Shown: positions 21,908 through 32,197 of the stretch, piece by piece
Numbering within the stretch: position 1 is the first letter of the stretch
Layout: every line of letters starts with the position of its first letter
Origin: a virus
Lineage: Duplodnaviria > Caudoviricetes
Length of the DNA: 64,000 nucleotides
IMG/VR virus record: IMGVR_UViG_3300038520_001354
Location: 30,644 to 94,643 of that record
Reading direction: 5' to 3' (one strand)
The notes under the pieces: generated by a model
Seen by the model: the letters and a program-made list of their open reading frames with translations, nothing else
Database searches by the model: none
What the model was told of the DNA's origin: nothing
Position numbers and translations under genes: made by a program

Positions 21908-22135
21908 TTACTCACCATTAGACCAAAGTTTAGAAATCTTTTCTGTTTCTTTATCCACTTTCGGTTTTTCATCTATATCTGTTCTTCTTTTTAGAAAACA
22001 AACAATCTGAGAACCAGCAACGATTAATTGAGAACAACATTCCCAACCATCGTCACCATAAGTGTTTAAAGTTTCAATAATTACCTTTGGCCCTTTTGCT
22101 ACTTCAAATACTAAATAGGTATTCTCCCATTTCAT
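21908..22135 (-). CDS. DUF4177-like small protein
   Basis: MKWE...LNTYGDDGWE...FLKR pattern. Confidence 0.6.
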   Translation of the reverse strand: MKWENTYLVFEVAKGPKVIIETLNTYGDDGWECCSQLIVAGSQIVCFLKRRTDIDEKPKVDKETEKISKLWSNGE

Positions 22136-23595
22136 TCTTCATCACCTTTTATTAACCTAACATAAGTTCTATTACCGCTACCTTTTTCTTCTTCAAACTT
22201 GTGTCTAACCACTTCATAATGTCTATACACTTGCGCTCTTGACTTTTTAGCCTTGTTACGAACTTCTGTTAGGAGTGTTGTTTTATTGACGAAACCTTGC
22301 TCATCTTTCTTTATTTTGTTAAATACTTCTATAAAGACTGATTCAAGCGAATTTTCTGCGATGCTTTGTCGCTTTACCCGTAGGCTTCGCTCAAGCCAAT
22401 CAACCAATGTCATATAACACTGTCGGACAATAGTAGCCGCTTGACGGACATTATGCCCTGTAACAACGAATTGTTTATCTTTTTCTTTGATTGATGGTGC
22501 AGAAGCGACACTACAAAGAACAGACATTTTATACAGTATTTTCATCAAACGGGTGGTAAAATTACCCGCTATTTTTGCAACATCGGTTCTAGTGTTTTGT
22601 AAATACATACGCATACTTTCATATTCTAATTTCAATACTTGGTTGAAATCTTCAGTATATTTCATAGTTTTAAGTGGGTCGCCGCCTACTTCATTAAATC
22701 TTTCTTGAGTTAATTTATAGAGTTTAAATAAACCTTCAGAATATCTTTCAATTGGCTGATTAACTTCTTCAACTGTTCCTGCCTTTTCTATTTGCTCTAA
22801 TCTCATTTTATGCTGAATAAACTCAGGAACTTCCCAAACATACAATAGCATTCTCTGAAGAACACCTTTTTCAGCCATAATTTCATTTAAGTTAGATGGA
22901 GGATAAGTCATAGCCAATACTGAACGCTCACAGAAACATTCCATAATCATACCGCCAAAAGAAGTTAATGCTTTTGAAATAATCCAAGATTCACCGGCTA
23001 ATGAGTTCATTAGAGTATTTAGATACACGATTGAATTTTCTTTATGCTGGCTTTGTTTAAAGATTCCAGAATACTCAAATTCATCCCAATGAGCAAGTCC
23101 ATTACCTTCTAAAACTCCCGGTCTTCTATTATAGAGGATTTCTCCCTCATCATCAACTTCTTTATCATATCCACCAATAAGAACTGAATCGGTATAATCA
23201 GTCACACCAAAAACATCAAAGATTCTATTCATTGGAATATTTTCTTTGACAAAAGGAGGATGCCTGTTATATTCATTAATTCTCTTAAATACTCCTTGAG
23301 CAACCGGCCCAACAAAATTATATAATGTTGATTTTCCTGTTCCTGAAGTTTGAACCCAACAAAAGTGAACTCTTGTATCTTCGTGGTTTCTTCCATTTGG
23401 AATAATAATAAAATCTTTACAAATCTGTCCTAAGATAGTAAAGAAACTTATTCCTGCCGGTATATCATTATAGTGAGATACTTCAACTGCTGATTTTTGA
23501 AACTCTCTAACAATAGCCGGTAATGCTTCGCTAAATACACCTGCATTTTCTTCAAATGCAGCCATATATTCTTCTTCATTATAATCTTCATTCAT
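22132..23595 (-). CDS. AAA+ replicative helicase (MCM-related)
   Basis: Walker A QTSGTGKS, Walker B HWDEF, GVLQR arginine finger; in the replication cluster. Confidence 0.65.
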   Translation of the reverse strand: MNEDYNEEEYMAAFEENAGVFSEALPAIVREFQKSAVEVSHYNDIPAGISFFTILGQICKDFIIIPNGRNHEDTRVHFCWVQTSGTGKSTLYNFVGPVAQGVFKRINEYNRHPPFVKENIPMNRIFDVFGVTDYTDSVLIGGYDKEVDDEGEILYNRRPGVLEGNGLAHWDEFEYSGIFKQSQHKENSIVYLNTLMNSLAGESWIISKALTSFGGMIMECFCERSVLAMTYPPSNLNEIMAEKGVLQRMLLYVWEVPEFIQHKMRLEQIEKAGTVEEVNQPIERYSEGLFKLYKLTQERFNEVGGDPLKTMKYTEDFNQVLKLEYESMRMYLQNTRTDVAKIAGNFTTRLMKILYKMSVLCSVASAPSIKEKDKQFVVTGHNVRQAATIVRQCYMTLVDWLERSLRVKRQSIAENSLESVFIEVFNKIKKDEQGFVNKTTLLTEVRNKAKKSRAQVYRHYEVVRHKFEEEKGSGNRTYVRLIKGDEE

Positions 23596-24281
23596 ATTTT
23601 CACCTTCTCTTCTGAGTGTAATGTGGAGAGTATTCTTTTGGCTAAGGTTTCTCCAATACCTTCAATTGACTGTAATTCAAATTCTGAACATTCGCCTATT
23701 TCCATTATAGAACCAAATTGTTTTATTAATTCTTTTGCTTTCTTTATTGATACGCCTTTTATACTGCTTAGTAAATCTAATCTTAAATCGTCTGTTGTGA
23801 TTCTTTTAAATATTTGTGGTGCTATTGTATCTCTAGTCAATGGTTTCATTTTACTTACTGCGGTTATTATTAATGCTGCTTCTTCTTCTGTTTTTACCCA
23901 AAAGGGTTTAATATCTGTATCTAATACTATTCTTCCTACTGCCCCTAGAAATTTATTATTTAACATAATACTTCTTGAGCCAATTGGTGTATTACTTGGA
24001 GAATTAGTTATTATGTTATGTATTGCTTCATCTAATTCACCATAGATAATAACGACATTAGTTTGATAATGTCTATCCATATTATCTAATTGTGTCCATA
24101 ATCTTTTGGACATTACTGAACCTAAGAAATCTGTTGCTGATTTTGCTTCAAAACAAACATCATCATAAACATAATCACCTATTTCAATCCAACGCTTTTC
24201 ATGTTTAATTTGTAATGCGTGTGCTTTTTGCATCACTAATTTTGAAAGTCTTGAATTTTCTCTTGAATCAATTATTAGCAT
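23592..24281 (-). CDS. ERCC4/XPF-family nuclease with HhH motifs
   Basis: IIDSRE, IGDY, FEAKS; C-terminal IKGVS and IEGIGETLA. Confidence 0.8.
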   Translation of the reverse strand: MLIIDSRENSRLSKLVMQKAHALQIKHEKRWIEIGDYVYDDVCFEAKSATDFLGSVMSKRLWTQLDNMDRHYQTNVVIIYGELDEAIHNIITNSPSNTPIGSRSIMLNNKFLGAVGRIVLDTDIKPFWVKTEEEAALIITAVSKMKPLTRDTIAPQIFKRITTDDLRLDLLSSIKGVSIKKAKELIKQFGSIMEIGECSEFELQSIEGIGETLAKRILSTLHSEEKVKI

Positions 24282-25308
24282 CGTGATACCTCCAACATTT
24301 ACCAACACAATATCCTTCACTTATGAGTTTATCACAATGCGGAGTATTATAATTATTGAACACTGTAAATCTTGCGTGTTTTTTGGTTTCTAATTTATCC
24401 CAATCTAACCATACTGTATCTGAATTAGCAAATACTCTTTCTAGTTCTTCAACTATTAACTCAAGAGTTTTCATTTTTTCTTCTCCTGAAACTAAATCAC
24501 GATACCCCGAAATCAAATCTCTATACCAAGATACTAAGTATGCTCTTGACATATGCGAAGGATTCTCCGTCATAACGGCATTATGCAAACAGGGCAACAT
24601 TGGAAGTTTCCCTATCGTATTCGGCACAGAAACTTCGCCCTCTATTGCCTTGATTGGGGGGGCATCGGGAAATGTGACCTCATTTTTTCCACCCTTCTTG
24701 AAAGGAATAAGGCGGGGTCTTTGGGCTAAAGTAAGAATAGCCTCTAAGTCTTTAGAAAGGTCATCAATTGTTAACGGAATACAATAATAGGGATTACCGT
24801 TCTTATCAGAAGAAGACATATTTACTGTATTAGGAACTCTTCTAAGTCTTGTTGTTTGTCCTACTCTATCATCAAGAGTATTGTTTTTACCAACTTTAGA
24901 AACCAAATATTCTTTTATTTCTTTAAATAAAACTTGAACGCTTCTCATGTCTTTTGCTCGCTTACCAAATAAGAATAAATGAAATCCTCTTCCCGAAAAG
25001 AAAAGAGTATGTAAATAATTTTTATTTACTACCAATTCCATCACCTGTTTTACATCACGCCAAGCCATTTGTAAATTATCTGAATGAGCATCAAAATCTA
25101 AAAATATTCTATCAATAATAACTGAGGATTCTATCTTTGCTTTTTCTGAAAAATGTTCAAAGTCGTAAACGGTTGTATAAACATTTGTCCTATTATTTTG
25201 AGCGTTAACAAAGATAGCATAATCATTCCTCGATAAGACGACTTTTCTTTTCATTTGTGGGGCGTTCTTTATGTGACTCCCTGCCCACACTTCTCTCGGA
25301 TATTTCAT
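24268..25308 (-). CDS. priS: Archaeo-eukaryotic primase (PriS with fused PriL-like C-terminal domain)
   Basis: FLDFD, SGRGFH, RLRRVPNT; C-terminal LPCL...H...YNTPHCDKL...YCVGKC. Confidence 0.8.
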   Translation of the reverse strand: MKYPREVWAGSHIKNAPQMKRKVVLSRNDYAIFVNAQNNRTNVYTTVYDFEHFSEKAKIESSVIIDRIFLDFDAHSDNLQMAWRDVKQVMELVVNKNYLHTLFFSGRGFHLFLFGKRAKDMRSVQVLFKEIKEYLVSKVGKNNTLDDRVGQTTRLRRVPNTVNMSSSDKNGNPYYCIPLTIDDLSKDLEAILTLAQRPRLIPFKKGGKNEVTFPDAPPIKAIEGEVSVPNTIGKLPMLPCLHNAVMTENPSHMSRAYLVSWYRDLISGYRDLVSGEEKMKTLELIVEELERVFANSDTVWLDWDKLETKKHARFTVFNNYNTPHCDKLISEGYCVGKCWRYHDANN

Positions 25309-25594
25309 TGTTATTGCCTCCAAAACTAATTGTTGCACCTTGTAATAATTCTCTTATTGTTTGGGCGACTTCGCCGGATAAAACTATCATTACTGTTTCT
25401 TTTAGTATTTCATCAAAGTGCATACCTACATATTCATCTTTTATTCGTAAATCATGGACTAGTTTAAATTTCTCAATTAAAGTCATTTCGCTATAAATGT
25501 CATTAGATAAAATAGTAACTGTTTCGTTTAAGTTAGATATTTCACTAAATGTCCAATTTCTTTCTAATACTTTTTTCTTTATCAATTCTTTCAT
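25223..25594 (-). CDS. Hypothetical protein
   Basis: ORF from MKELIKK; 3' end overlaps the primase start. Confidence 0.5.
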   Translation of the reverse strand: MKELIKKKVLERNWTFSEISNLNETVTILSNDIYSEMTLIEKFKLVHDLRIKDEYVGMHFDEILKETVMIVLSGEVAQTIRELLQGATISFGGNNNEISERSVGRESHKERPTNEKKSRLIEE

Positions 25595-25598
25595 TATA

Positions 25599-26519
25599 TC
25601 ACAACCATGTGTTTTCTTGAGCCGCAGGACAAATGCCATAATAAGCACAATACTGCGAACAGGTCTTATGGAAGAAAGATGCTTCAAATTCGTTTTCATA
25701 TGCCCAAATCATTTTTGCTATTGATTTAAACACAGAAGTTTTAGAAGCCTTCTTTATTTCTTCTGCATAAACATAATTAGAAGCAGGGTAATACCAACCC
25801 CAATGAGTAACTTGCATATCTTTATTTAGACCATGCTTTGCTAAGACTTCTTCGGGTGCATTTTCTATCATTATTTGATAGAAAGCCATTTCCTTTCTCA
25901 TATCGCTTTGTTTGCTATCTCTCCAAGCACCTGTTTTGTATTCAAAAGGAATAAGTCCACCATTTTCCATAAATATTCTATCAATAATACCTTGAAGATG
26001 AACAACATAATCTCTTGATAGAGGGTATTTTGGATTAGTATTTGCTTTAATTGTTATTTCACAATCAAACATTCCTTCATTAAGAACAGGCAAATACTCT
26101 TCTATTTTATCTTCACTTCTTGCTTCAATAAATCTTTGTGCTTCAAAAGCCGCCACTGTTAGTGATATATCAAAATAATCATCAATAGGCATCAAACTTG
26201 TGCAGTATTCTAATACTTCACTATTGTTTAATTGTTCTGCTTTCTTAATATCAAAGACATTGAAAAACTCTTCTCTATGATTATGTAATACTGTTCCTTT
26301 ACGCATAGCCTCGGTTTGGTCTTGAGGCAATCTATCAATATAATTGAACTTGTATTTCATAGGACACCATAAGTAACTCATCATTGATGATTTACTAATT
26401 TTTAGTATTGGTTTAGAAGGGTCATTATAATTTTCTGGTTGAAAATCATAAGTATATTCTTTCATAGAACCTAATCTTGCTTTGTATTTTTCATCTATAT
26501 CCATTTTTGTCACCACCAT
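25599..26519 (-). CDS. Cas4-like PD-(D/E)XK nuclease
   Basis: YLWCP, GTVLH, GIIDRI, EYKTG and C-terminal CSQYCAYYGIC (Fe-S staple). Confidence 0.8.
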   Translation of the reverse strand: MVVTKMDIDEKYKARLGSMKEYTYDFQPENYNDPSKPILKISKSSMMSYLWCPMKYKFNYIDRLPQDQTEAMRKGTVLHNHREEFFNVFDIKKAEQLNNSEVLEYCTSLMPIDDYFDISLTVAAFEAQRFIEARSEDKIEEYLPVLNEGMFDCEITIKANTNPKYPLSRDYVVHLQGIIDRIFMENGGLIPFEYKTGAWRDSKQSDMRKEMAFYQIMIENAPEEVLAKHGLNKDMQVTHWGWYYPASNYVYAEEIKKASKTSVFKSIAKMIWAYENEFEASFFHKTCSQYCAYYGICPAAQENTWL

Positions 26520-27403
26520 TCGTCAAGGCTTGATTGTCTATGTCCTGTTCTAATAGACGATATATCCCAACCCATAGCCTTGTAAATAGGTTCAGCCTTC
26601 TTTATTACTTGATTCGCATAGTGTTCCCAATCGGGCGTATAACCCTCAAAATCCTTCTCGGTTGTGCCTGATATGTATTCCACATCTCGCCTTTCTTGCG
26701 TTAAAGGATGGGTATAAAACGCATTATTAGTCAATACTTTTAGAAAAATATATGAATCATCAAAATTAGTGTCTTTCTTTTCCCAAGCGTATAAAACCCC
26801 TGCTATACCCGAACCTATTGTTGGTTTCTTACCTTCAAGAGTTGTAAACTTAGAAGTTTCCGTAGCGCACTTTTTACAAACTGAATGCTTCAAATCTAAG
26901 CATTCTCTAATGTGATATTTAGTTTTACATTCGGGGCATTTTACTGTGAATCTTGCAGGTCTTAATCTGCTTCTTTTTAGAAGAGAACCTAAAGGTATAT
27001 CTCCTGTTAAAACACTTTGATAAGTATTATGTAAATACTTATTTATTTCATCATAAGATTTTTGAGAAACCCACATTTCTAGTGTTTTAGTTTGAACTTC
27101 TTTTGCTAGTTTAGTTTCACTTACTCTTTTCGCAGTAAATCCTGTCATGGTAAACTTTGGCTTATCTAACCAAACTCCATCCTCCCAAGATACCAAACCG
27201 GCATTACGATTTTTTGTTGTTCCTACACCTAAAGCAGAAAAATACTTTTCAAACTCTAATTGAACAGGGTGTTCATCTAATCCTAATACATTAGGAAAAT
27301 GCTCTCTAACTTTAGATTCTATTTGTTTAATAGCAGTTTGAGCCTTTTCAACTGAATCAATCTGAACATAGATTGAATCTGTATGCCCATAAACTACTTT
27401 CAT
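26510..27403 (-). CDS. polB: Family B DNA polymerase, C-terminal subunit (split gene)
   Basis: Starts MKVVYGHTDS (motif C), LEFEK, KNRNAG; zinc-finger insert CPEC...CKKC; C-terminal PIP-like QSSLDEWW. Confidence 0.85.
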   Translation of the reverse strand: MKVVYGHTDSIYVQIDSVEKAQTAIKQIESKVREHFPNVLGLDEHPVQLEFEKYFSALGVGTTKNRNAGLVSWEDGVWLDKPKFTMTGFTAKRVSETKLAKEVQTKTLEMWVSQKSYDEINKYLHNTYQSVLTGDIPLGSLLKRSRLRPARFTVKCPECKTKYHIRECLDLKHSVCKKCATETSKFTTLEGKKPTIGSGIAGVLYAWEKKDTNFDDSYIFLKVLTNNAFYTHPLTQERRDVEYISGTTEKDFEGYTPDWEHYANQVIKKAEPIYKAMGWDISSIRTGHRQSSLDEWW

Positions 27404-28511
27404 TCTTCTTCCCCCGACATAGCAAGCCAAATGTCTAAAGCATTAGGCAATTCTTCTAGTATTATAGCCCTAACTTCATCCTTTAGATTCATTCTAACTT
27501 CTTGTGTAATATTGTCAATGGTTGATATAGATTCGAGTTTTTCACTAAGAATTACATCACTTATTCTCCAAGCAATAGATTTTTTGATGTGATTAAACAT
27601 CTTTTTATCATTAACAATTGCCTTTGCTATTTTCTCAGCATTATCCATCAAACACCACCCACTTTATCGGGTGCATATACATTATTATTAAATGTCAATT
27701 CAGGATGCAACTTTTTAAGGTCATTTTGCATTTCATGAACTGCTTTTGCCACAATATAATAAGGAACCCTATCCTCGCTTTCGTGTTCTAAAAGTCTTAT
27801 TCTATTTTCAAGACCTTTTATTCTCTCCGCTAACCCTTCATTCTCCATAGTTAATCTTTTAATTTCTTGTTCTAATTTATCTGTCACATTATCACCGTCA
27901 CTATTGTTATAATGGTTGCTATGTTTACGATATTTACCATCATTAATATCCTATTTGATTTTGCTATCATAGCCAGCAATTCCTCTAATAACTCATTCGT
28001 TTTGTCCATCATCATGATTAACACCTTGTTCTATATCTATAATGATAGCATGACGCTTTAAGTTGTTCATCATTTGAAATAACTCCTTTACTTCTTGTAA
28101 GGTAGTTTCCCAAGTTTCTTCAGTATCATAAGATACTTTAACTGTTACATATTTAGTCATCATTCTTAATCCTCCTATAAGTTTTAGAAGAATGACCTTT
28201 ACAAATCTGTTCAACATTATCAAGTTTACCTAAAAGCCAACCTATTCCGGTAACACTACCAACATAGGGACTAGAGCCCTTTTTTTCAACTATTTTCGTA
28301 AGAATAGTTTTTGCAGTAAATTCTCCATCTGTCTCTAATACGGCCTCTTTAATCCATCTTTCCATATGTATATTCATACAAACCTCTCCTTATGTCCACA
28401 AATATTACATAATAATATTGCGACTTCTTTATTATTTGAATTATATGAGTAATTAGTTTTCTTATAATAAGACATTTTAAGTTCTCCATTTTTACATACA
28501 GGACATTTCAT
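27400..28511 (-). other. Six small ORFs between the two polB halves
   Basis: 27400..27651, 27648..27887, 27884..28012 (hydrophobic), 27993..28163, 28153..28377, 28374..28511 (MKCPVCK...CNICG), coupled by overlapping stops and starts. Confidence 0.6.
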
Positions 28512-30178
28512 ACTTCCATCTCCTTTGCGCTAAATGCTGCTAATCTAATTGCTTCTCTTGCACTTGCAGTTATACTTGCGGCTAAATCAATGTCTGCCCA
28601 TCCAAAGCCTTGAAAGGCAACAATTCCGTAAAATGAAGCCATTAATCGCTTTACAGCCATTTGATTGTTATACCATTTAACATACTCGCTATTATTATCC
28701 GCTTCTCTCGCCTCTCGCATAAGACGCTTATATTCGTTTCGCAACTCTTTGAGTTCAAGAACGGCTCTTGGTAATAGCCCAAGTTTATCCGTTTTATAAT
28801 AAAGCATTTGTTCATGTTTTACTTCACTAAAGTCTCTTGGTGTGCTAATATTAACTGCAAATTCTGTTGGCTCTAATGATTTAGTTTCCCATGAAATGTT
28901 CCTAGAAATCATCATAGCGGGATATAGACCTGCATAATCAAATGCTGCTACATTAAGATGTAATCCATTTGTTCCTTCACTTAATGGGTCATAAATCATA
29001 GCCCCGTCATATTCTCTTCTTTCTTCATTCTTATTACCTGTTGGTGCTTTCCATTCAGCATTACGCATAAAGTAAATAGAACCCATATGACTAGCATAAA
29101 AACAAGCATCAAATGGTGCTTTTAGTAATCTTTGCAAAGAAAGAATAGCCTCACTACAAAAGTTTGTTTCATCTATTTCAACAATCAATTCAACATCTTT
29201 TATAGCATAGTCAAGATAAGTTTGTGTATCTTCTAACCAAGCCCTTCTATAAAATTCATTTGTATCTGGAAACTTTTCTGAAACTAACTTCTTTTTACCA
29301 AGAACTATTTCACCAATATAATCAAGAGAAAGAGAAGGTAATGTTCCTCTTTGAGAATCATTCCATTGTCTTTCAAATGCTAAGTCTAAAGATAAACATA
29401 TTCTTCCACCAATAGGTTGCTCAATAGGGCTAAATCCCTTTTCAGCATAAGCAAAAGTATATTCATCTTTTTTCTTTTTAATACCTTTAACAAAACCAAT
29501 AGGTGAAATAATAGAAGGATTTAATCCTACTGCACAAGCCCGTTCTAATAACTTAGGAATATCCGCAAAATTACCAAACCAAGCGATTAACATATCGGGG
29601 TCTTTTACAATCATTGTAGTCATAAAAGACTCAATCATTTCTTTTTCACTATTAAATACCGCTATCTTATCTGATTGTTTCCAATGTAAATGAGAGGGGG
29701 CATCGGGAAACCATACCCATTGATAATATTCTTCATCATAATTATCATAGACTACAATAGTTGTAATACAATCGTGATATTTACCGCCTTGTTGCCATTC
29801 CATATCCCAATACCACTTTCGCAGTTTATATTCGGGCATTTCATGTAATTCATCAATGCAATATCTAAAATGATAAGGAACATCTGCTTCATATGTTCTT
29901 GAAAACATATCTTTTGCTTTCTTAATATCAAAAGAAGTTTCAACATATACCTTTTGTAAAGGTTCTTTCTGTAAGTTTACCCAATCACCCTCTTCATATC
30001 TAAAATCTCTAGTAATATATTTACTAGGCTTATATGTCATAGGTTTGTTTTCTTGAGAAGAAATATAAAAATAAGGATTAAACTCCACCATTTCATATTT
30101 CTTCTCTCCGTTTTCTCTCCAAGATTTATAGATATTTTTACCGTCATTCATTTTACTAATAATCATATACTCACCCAC
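28508..30178 (-). CDS. polB: Family B DNA polymerase, N-terminal subunit (exonuclease plus motifs A and B)
   Basis: WDME, FGNFADIP, YAIKD, FDYAGLYP, KRLMASFYG; ends after ASITASARE. Confidence 0.9.
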   Translation of the reverse strand: MGEYMIISKMNDGKNIYKSWRENGEKKYEMVEFNPYFYISSQENKPMTYKPSKYITRDFRYEEGDWVNLQKEPLQKVYVETSFDIKKAKDMFSRTYEADVPYHFRYCIDELHEMPEYKLRKWYWDMEWQQGGKYHDCITTIVVYDNYDEEYYQWVWFPDAPSHLHWKQSDKIAVFNSEKEMIESFMTTMIVKDPDMLIAWFGNFADIPKLLERACAVGLNPSIISPIGFVKGIKKKKDEYTFAYAEKGFSPIEQPIGGRICLSLDLAFERQWNDSQRGTLPSLSLDYIGEIVLGKKKLVSEKFPDTNEFYRRAWLEDTQTYLDYAIKDVELIVEIDETNFCSEAILSLQRLLKAPFDACFYASHMGSIYFMRNAEWKAPTGNKNEERREYDGAMIYDPLSEGTNGLHLNVAAFDYAGLYPAMMISRNISWETKSLEPTEFAVNISTPRDFSEVKHEQMLYYKTDKLGLLPRAVLELKELRNEYKRLMREAREADNNSEYVKWYNNQMAVKRLMASFYGIVAFQGFGWADIDLAASITASAREAIRLAAFSAKEMEV

Positions 30179-30935
30179 TAATATGTGGTGCTTTTAATAG
30201 CATTCTATCATCTGCTACAATTAAAAGCGGAAACTCATCTTTCATAAATACATTTAGCATTTGGTGTTTCTTAAAGAAAGAATACACCGGACTACTAAAC
30301 TCGACTGTTGCTGGTTCTCCTGCTGGAAATGCAGGAGTAATAGTTTCTTCATATTTGTTTGTTACATCTAATCTTGTTGATACCTTCAACACATTATTAT
30401 TATAATCAAACTTATAAACTCCGCTTTTAACTAATTCACAAGATTTAATTGCATCTTGCAGTTGCGGCTGAGTTAATACAAATACTCCTTCAAATTTAGA
30501 TTTAGCGAAGTTAAACATTGTAGTTGGTTGCACTTCATATCTAATTGGATTCAACATATTTTGAAGTCTTGTTAAGGCATCAGCATTTGGATGAAGAACA
30601 ACCAAAGGCACTGAAGCCTTTCTATTTCCTGAAGTTAGAGCAATAAAATCATTTACTGCAACAGAAACATCATCAAATGACTTTAGATAAGGAAGCATTT
30701 GAGGAATATACACACATACACTACCTTCTTCTATTTCTCCATCAAGAGGAATAGAAATTTTTACACAGGCAGTTGGGCTACCATTCCAAACTTCTAATAT
30801 ATTATCTCTAATAACTAGATAAGCATAATCACCAAAACTAGTGTTACCAAATCCATTAGCAGTTTGACCTTTGCCTTTAACCTGCACACTTTCCAATGCT
30901 TCTTTTAAGACGCTTGCTTCTATATTAAACTTCAA
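30171..30935 (-). CDS. pcn: PCNA-like sliding clamp
   Basis: 254 aa; MKFNIEASVLKEAL start and PLLIV...LLKAP end; next to polB. Confidence 0.7.
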   Translation of the reverse strand: MKFNIEASVLKEALESVQVKGKGQTANGFGNTSFGDYAYLVIRDNILEVWNGSPTACVKISIPLDGEIEEGSVCVYIPQMLPYLKSFDDVSVAVNDFIALTSGNRKASVPLVVLHPNADALTRLQNMLNPIRYEVQPTTMFNFAKSKFEGVFVLTQPQLQDAIKSCELVKSGVYKFDYNNNVLKVSTRLDVTNKYEETITPAFPAGEPATVEFSSPVYSFFKKHQMLNVFMKDEFPLLIVADDRMLLKAPHISG

Positions 30936-31753
30936 ATTAATCCCTCACGCAATTCTTTAATGCCATTCCAAGTAACATTACCACTACCAACGGTTAATGT
31001 TTCCCAAGAATTGCCCACTAATTCGGTGTTAGTTTTACTTGACAATAGTTCTGCTTTGTAAACCACATCGTTCTTTTTGCGTGTTCTTCGGGTGCTAATA
31101 ATTTGATGTAGGTAATCTCCCCAATTGTGCCAATTAGGTTTTGTTCCTACTACTTCTCCTGTTGAGCCATAATCAGCCTTAGCATGAGTAATATAGATTT
31201 GGTCGCATTCTAAGTTTTTACACATCATTAGAAGTGAATAGAATGGTGCATTACGCTTTCCCCATTCAAACTTCATCTTTTGTGGCTTTCCAATCTTAGA
31301 AGAACCTGTTACATGAAGTGTGCAACAATCGAGCCATTTATCAATACCATCGAATACAAAGAGAACATCTTCTCCCGCTTCAATTTGTTCTTTTACCATT
31401 AAAACAAAATCTTCTGAATTTGCTTCAGACTTTTGTATATCTAATTCACCATTATGATTTCTAACTTCAGGATTCCACAAAGTAATCCTATCTGTCATTT
31501 TATGGTTTTGTCTCCATGTTGGTTCGCAACCATCATCCCAATCTAAAACATAGATTTGTTTATTTGGAAAGTCTAAAGCCAAGCCGCTTTTTACAGTCTT
31601 TGGTTCTCCCCAAATACCACAAATTAAGCGATTACTACGACTTAATCTCTTCTCTGTTTGCGCTTTCAATTTATCACGAAATGCCATAACTCTTGCGTTA
31701 TTTTCCATTCCCTTCGCTACTGCTTCTGTATTTTTATTGCTGGTTAATCCCAT
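30932..31753 (-). CDS. RecA-fold ATPase (Sak4/AAA_24-like recombination protein)
   Basis: GIWGEPKTVKS, VLDWDDG, FVFDGID, YITH. Confidence 0.6.
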   Translation of the reverse strand: MGLTSNKNTEAVAKGMENNARVMAFRDKLKAQTEKRLSRSNRLICGIWGEPKTVKSGLALDFPNKQIYVLDWDDGCEPTWRQNHKMTDRITLWNPEVRNHNGELDIQKSEANSEDFVLMVKEQIEAGEDVLFVFDGIDKWLDCCTLHVTGSSKIGKPQKMKFEWGKRNAPFYSLLMMCKNLECDQIYITHAKADYGSTGEVVGTKPNWHNWGDYLHQIISTRRTRKKNDVVYKAELLSSKTNTELVGNSWETLTVGSGNVTWNGIKELREGLI

Positions 31754-31998
31754 AATTCAATCACCTCTTCATCTTTTATTTCTATTTTCTTACCTCTAAT
31801 ATCAGTCCATGCTAATAGTAAAGTCTTTACTTCTTCTATGGAGTTACAAACATAACGGGCTTCTTTACTACCAATATGTAGTTTCACCCAAAATGTTGAC
31901 TCCATTTTATCGTTCTCTTTCCATGTTATAAAATCAACATTATACAAGTCAATAATATAACTATTTGCTTTTATTAAATATCTTTTATTCTTAATCAT
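31744..31998 (-). CDS. Hypothetical protein
   Basis: 84-aa ORF with GGAGG RBS. Confidence 0.55.
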   Translation of the reverse strand: MIKNKRYLIKANSYIIDLYNVDFITWKENDKMESTFWVKLHIGSKEARYVCNSIEEVKTLLLAWTDIRGKKIEIKDEEVIELWD

Positions 31999-32197
31999 AA
32001 AATCCCTCCAAAGGGATAGGGCTTTGCACCCATTTGAATGTCAATTTCTCCACAAGTCACATTTATCTTGCTACCGTTCCCAATCTCAACATGAAATCTG
32101 TAATGTCGCCAACACATCATACCCCCAAACAAACTGTCTCTTTCTAGTGTAAAAAGAGTCACGACATTTCTAGGGGAGATTAGAATGGAGTTTCACT

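Noticed and set aside
27400-28511. Intein or self-splicing intron in polB
   Set aside because: No intein terminal residues or endonuclease; the gap is filled by coupled small ORFs and the second half has its own RBS and ATG
32000-32090. tRNA gene
   Set aside because: Only a T-arm-like hairpin; no complete acceptor and anticodon stems could be built
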